Below, piece by piece: positions 62,544 to 64,000 of a DNA stretch of 64,000 nucleotides. The stretch comes from Vicinamibacterales bacterium. GTDB lineage: Bacteria; Acidobacteriota; Vicinamibacteria; Vicinamibacterales; UBA2999. The notes under the pieces were generated by a model. It was not told the origin of the DNA. It did not search any database and saw only the letters and a list, made by a program, of their open reading frames with translations. Made by a program: the position numbers and the translations under genes. The stretch is from assembly GCA_035711805.1 (NCBI GenBank), contig DASTBV010000055.1, positions 380 to 64,379 on the forward strand. Reading direction: 5' to 3'. Positions within the stretch are counted from its first letter, which is position 1. Every line of letters starts with the position of its first letter.

Positions 62544-63743
62544 TCATACTCGAGCCACTGTTCGCGTCAGGCTTCGAAGCTTCTCCACGACTCCCGGCAG
62601 AACCTCGAGCACCCTGTCGATATCGGCGTCGGTGTTCGCCGCGCCGAGGCTGAAACGAATCGAGTTCTGCGTGCGGTGCGCCGGGAATCCCATCGCCTTC
62701 AGCACGTGCGACGGTTCCAGCGTTCCAGACGAGCAGGCGGACCCTGTCGAGACCGCGATCCCCGCCAGGTCCAGCGCGATCAGGAGCGACTCGGCTTCGA
62801 TGCGGTCGAAGCTGACGTTCGTCGTGTTCGGCACGCGCGGTGAGCGGGCGCCGTTGACGGCCGTGCCGCTGACCTTGCCGAGAATTCCTTCCTCGAGCCG
62901 GTCACGCAGCGCCGCCAGGCGATCGGCTTCGGCCGTCATCTTGGCGCGCGCGAGCTGCGCGGCGACACCGAGGCCGATGATGCCGGCGACGTTTTCCGTC
63001 CCGGCGCGTCGGCTGCGCTCCTGTTTGCCTCCGGTCATCGGCGGCTGCACCCGCACGCCGCGGCGGATCCAGAGCGCGCCGGCGCCTTTCGGTCCGTAGA
63101 ACTTGTGCGCCGAGAGCGACAGCAGGTCCACGCCGAGCGCTTTCACGTCCACTGGAATCTTCCCGGCCGTCTGCACGGCATCCGTGTGAAACACCGCGCC
63201 GCGCGCCCTGGCGACGCGGGCCAGCTGAGCCACGGGCTGGATCGTGCCGATTTCGTTGTTGGCGTGCATCACCGACACGAGCGCGGTGTCGTCGGTCAGC
63301 GCGGCTTCGAGCGCGGAAATTGCGACGATTCCGGTCTGATCGACGGGCAGCAGTGTCGTCTTCCAGCCGCGGCGCGCCAGCGCCTTGAGCGTGTTGAGCA
63401 CCGCCTCGTGTTCGATGGTTGTGGCAATGAGGTGCCGCTTTCCCGTGACTTCGAGCGCCTCGGCGATGCCTCGGATCGCGAAGTTGTCGCTTTCCGTTCC
63501 GCTGCTCGTGAACACGATTTCCGACGGATCGCCCCCGATCAGCGCCGCGGCCGCGCTCCGCGCGTCATCGAGGGCCGCCTTTGCCACCTGTCCAAAGTGG
63601 TGCACGCTGGAGGGGTTGCCGAACTGCTCACGAAGCGCGGCGGCCATCCGGTCCACTACCTCTGCAGCAGGAGGCGTCGTCGCATTGTGGTCCAGATAGA
63701 TCCGCACTGGTACCACTGTAGCATTTCGCGTCAGTCCGGCCAC
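62544..63743 (-). CDS. cysteine desulfurase (NifS/IscS family), partner of mnmA
   Basis: PLP lysine in SAHKFYGPKG; active-site Cys in GSACSSG. The GTG at 63707 would give the typical VRIYLDHNATT start. Confidence 0.9.
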   Translation of the reverse strand: MAGLTRNATVVPVRIYLDHNATTPPAAEVVDRMAAALREQFGNPSSVHHFGQVAKAALDDARSAAAALIGGDPSEIVFTSSGTESDNFAIRGIAEALEVTGKRHLIATTIEHEAVLNTLKALARRGWKTTLLPVDQTGIVAISALEAALTDDTALVSVMHANNEIGTIQPVAQLARVARARGAVFHTDAVQTAGKIPVDVKALGVDLLSLSAHKFYGPKGAGALWIRRGVRVQPPMTGGKQERSRRAGTENVAGIIGLGVAAQLARAKMTAEADRLAALRDRLEEGILGKVSGTAVNGARSPRVPNTTNVSFDRIEAESLLIALDLAGIAVSTGSACSSGTLEPSHVLKAMGFPAHRTQNSIRFSLGAANTDADIDRVLEVLPGVVEKLRSLTRTVARV

Positions 63744-63823
63744 GACTGCACTTTTGCGCAGAACGCCCGATATATACTCAGTGGGCTCCGGGCCCCAGTA
63801 CAGCGGTCAGGAAAGAGGGACGC

Positions 63824-64000
63824 GTGAGTCTCGACGACGCCGCAGAAGCGTTCCCCCAGACTCAAGGAACGTCGCGGAGGCGTTCCGGCAGACAACGCGC
63901 GGAGGACATCAACATGTGGAAGCGTGACGAAGGGGTAAAGGGCAGCCAGCCGGCGCCCACGGCGCCCGCTCCGGTGCATCAGCCGGTCAGCACGGCGCCC
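63824..64000 (+). CDS. 5' end of an unidentified gene running off the window
   Basis: Open frame from the GTG at 63824; an in-frame ATG at 63914 follows GGAGG. Reads MWKRDEGVKGSQPAPTAPAPVHQPVSTAP. Too short to classify. Confidence 0.3.
   Translation, partial: MSLDDAAEAFPQTQGTSRRRSGRQRAEDINMWKRDEGVKGSQPAPTAPAPVHQPVSTAP

Noticed and set aside
1-64000. Transposases, integrases, phage structural genes, rRNA, toxin-antitoxin pairs, cas genes
   Set aside because: I looked for their characteristic motifs in all track ORFs and recognised none. Absence is by eye only.

Overview
High-G+C bacterial chromosomal window, most likely Acidobacteriota. The taxon call rests on four intact and one decayed TIGR03435-type 'Solibacter C-terminal domain' genes, a TIGR03436-type VWFA gene, and Hanks kinases fused to TolB-like or RDD modules. 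I support about 65 protein genes. I found no rRNA, no intact tRNA, no CRISPR array and no transposase, integrase or phage gene. Housekeeping blocks are: a translationally coupled oxidative pentose-phosphate operon (rpiB, a pilT-like ATPase, gnd, zwf, pgl), hemE-hemY, arginase, pepF, glgA, trxA-trxB, and mnmA with a cysteine desulfurase. Accessory or unknown blocks are: a TIGR03435 paralogue array containing a cysteine-rich secreted peptide; a secreted protein-kinase-like lipoprotein next to a PAP2 phosphatase, with a second paralogue 25 kb away; a TIGR03435 gene coupled to a two-component system; a five-gene operon of secreted paralogues with DUF6152 and a degenerate MBL fold; an Avd-like four-helix-bundle gene inside a 60-bp inverted repeat; an ECF sigma / Ser-Thr kinase / DUF4412 module; a CotH / DUF4956 / VTC cluster; a nuclease-fold protein with a histone-H1-like tail; and an orphan beta-class DNA methyltransferase. 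The most unusual non-coding signal is that nearly every intergenic spacer is built from its own 7-9 nt (once 18 nt) unit, iterated in tandem and then repeated as its reverse complement, and some units recur at distant loci. Many very long ORFs in the track are antisense shadow ORFs typical of high-GC DNA and were rejected. All family calls come from motif recognition by eye; no searches or folding calculations were run.
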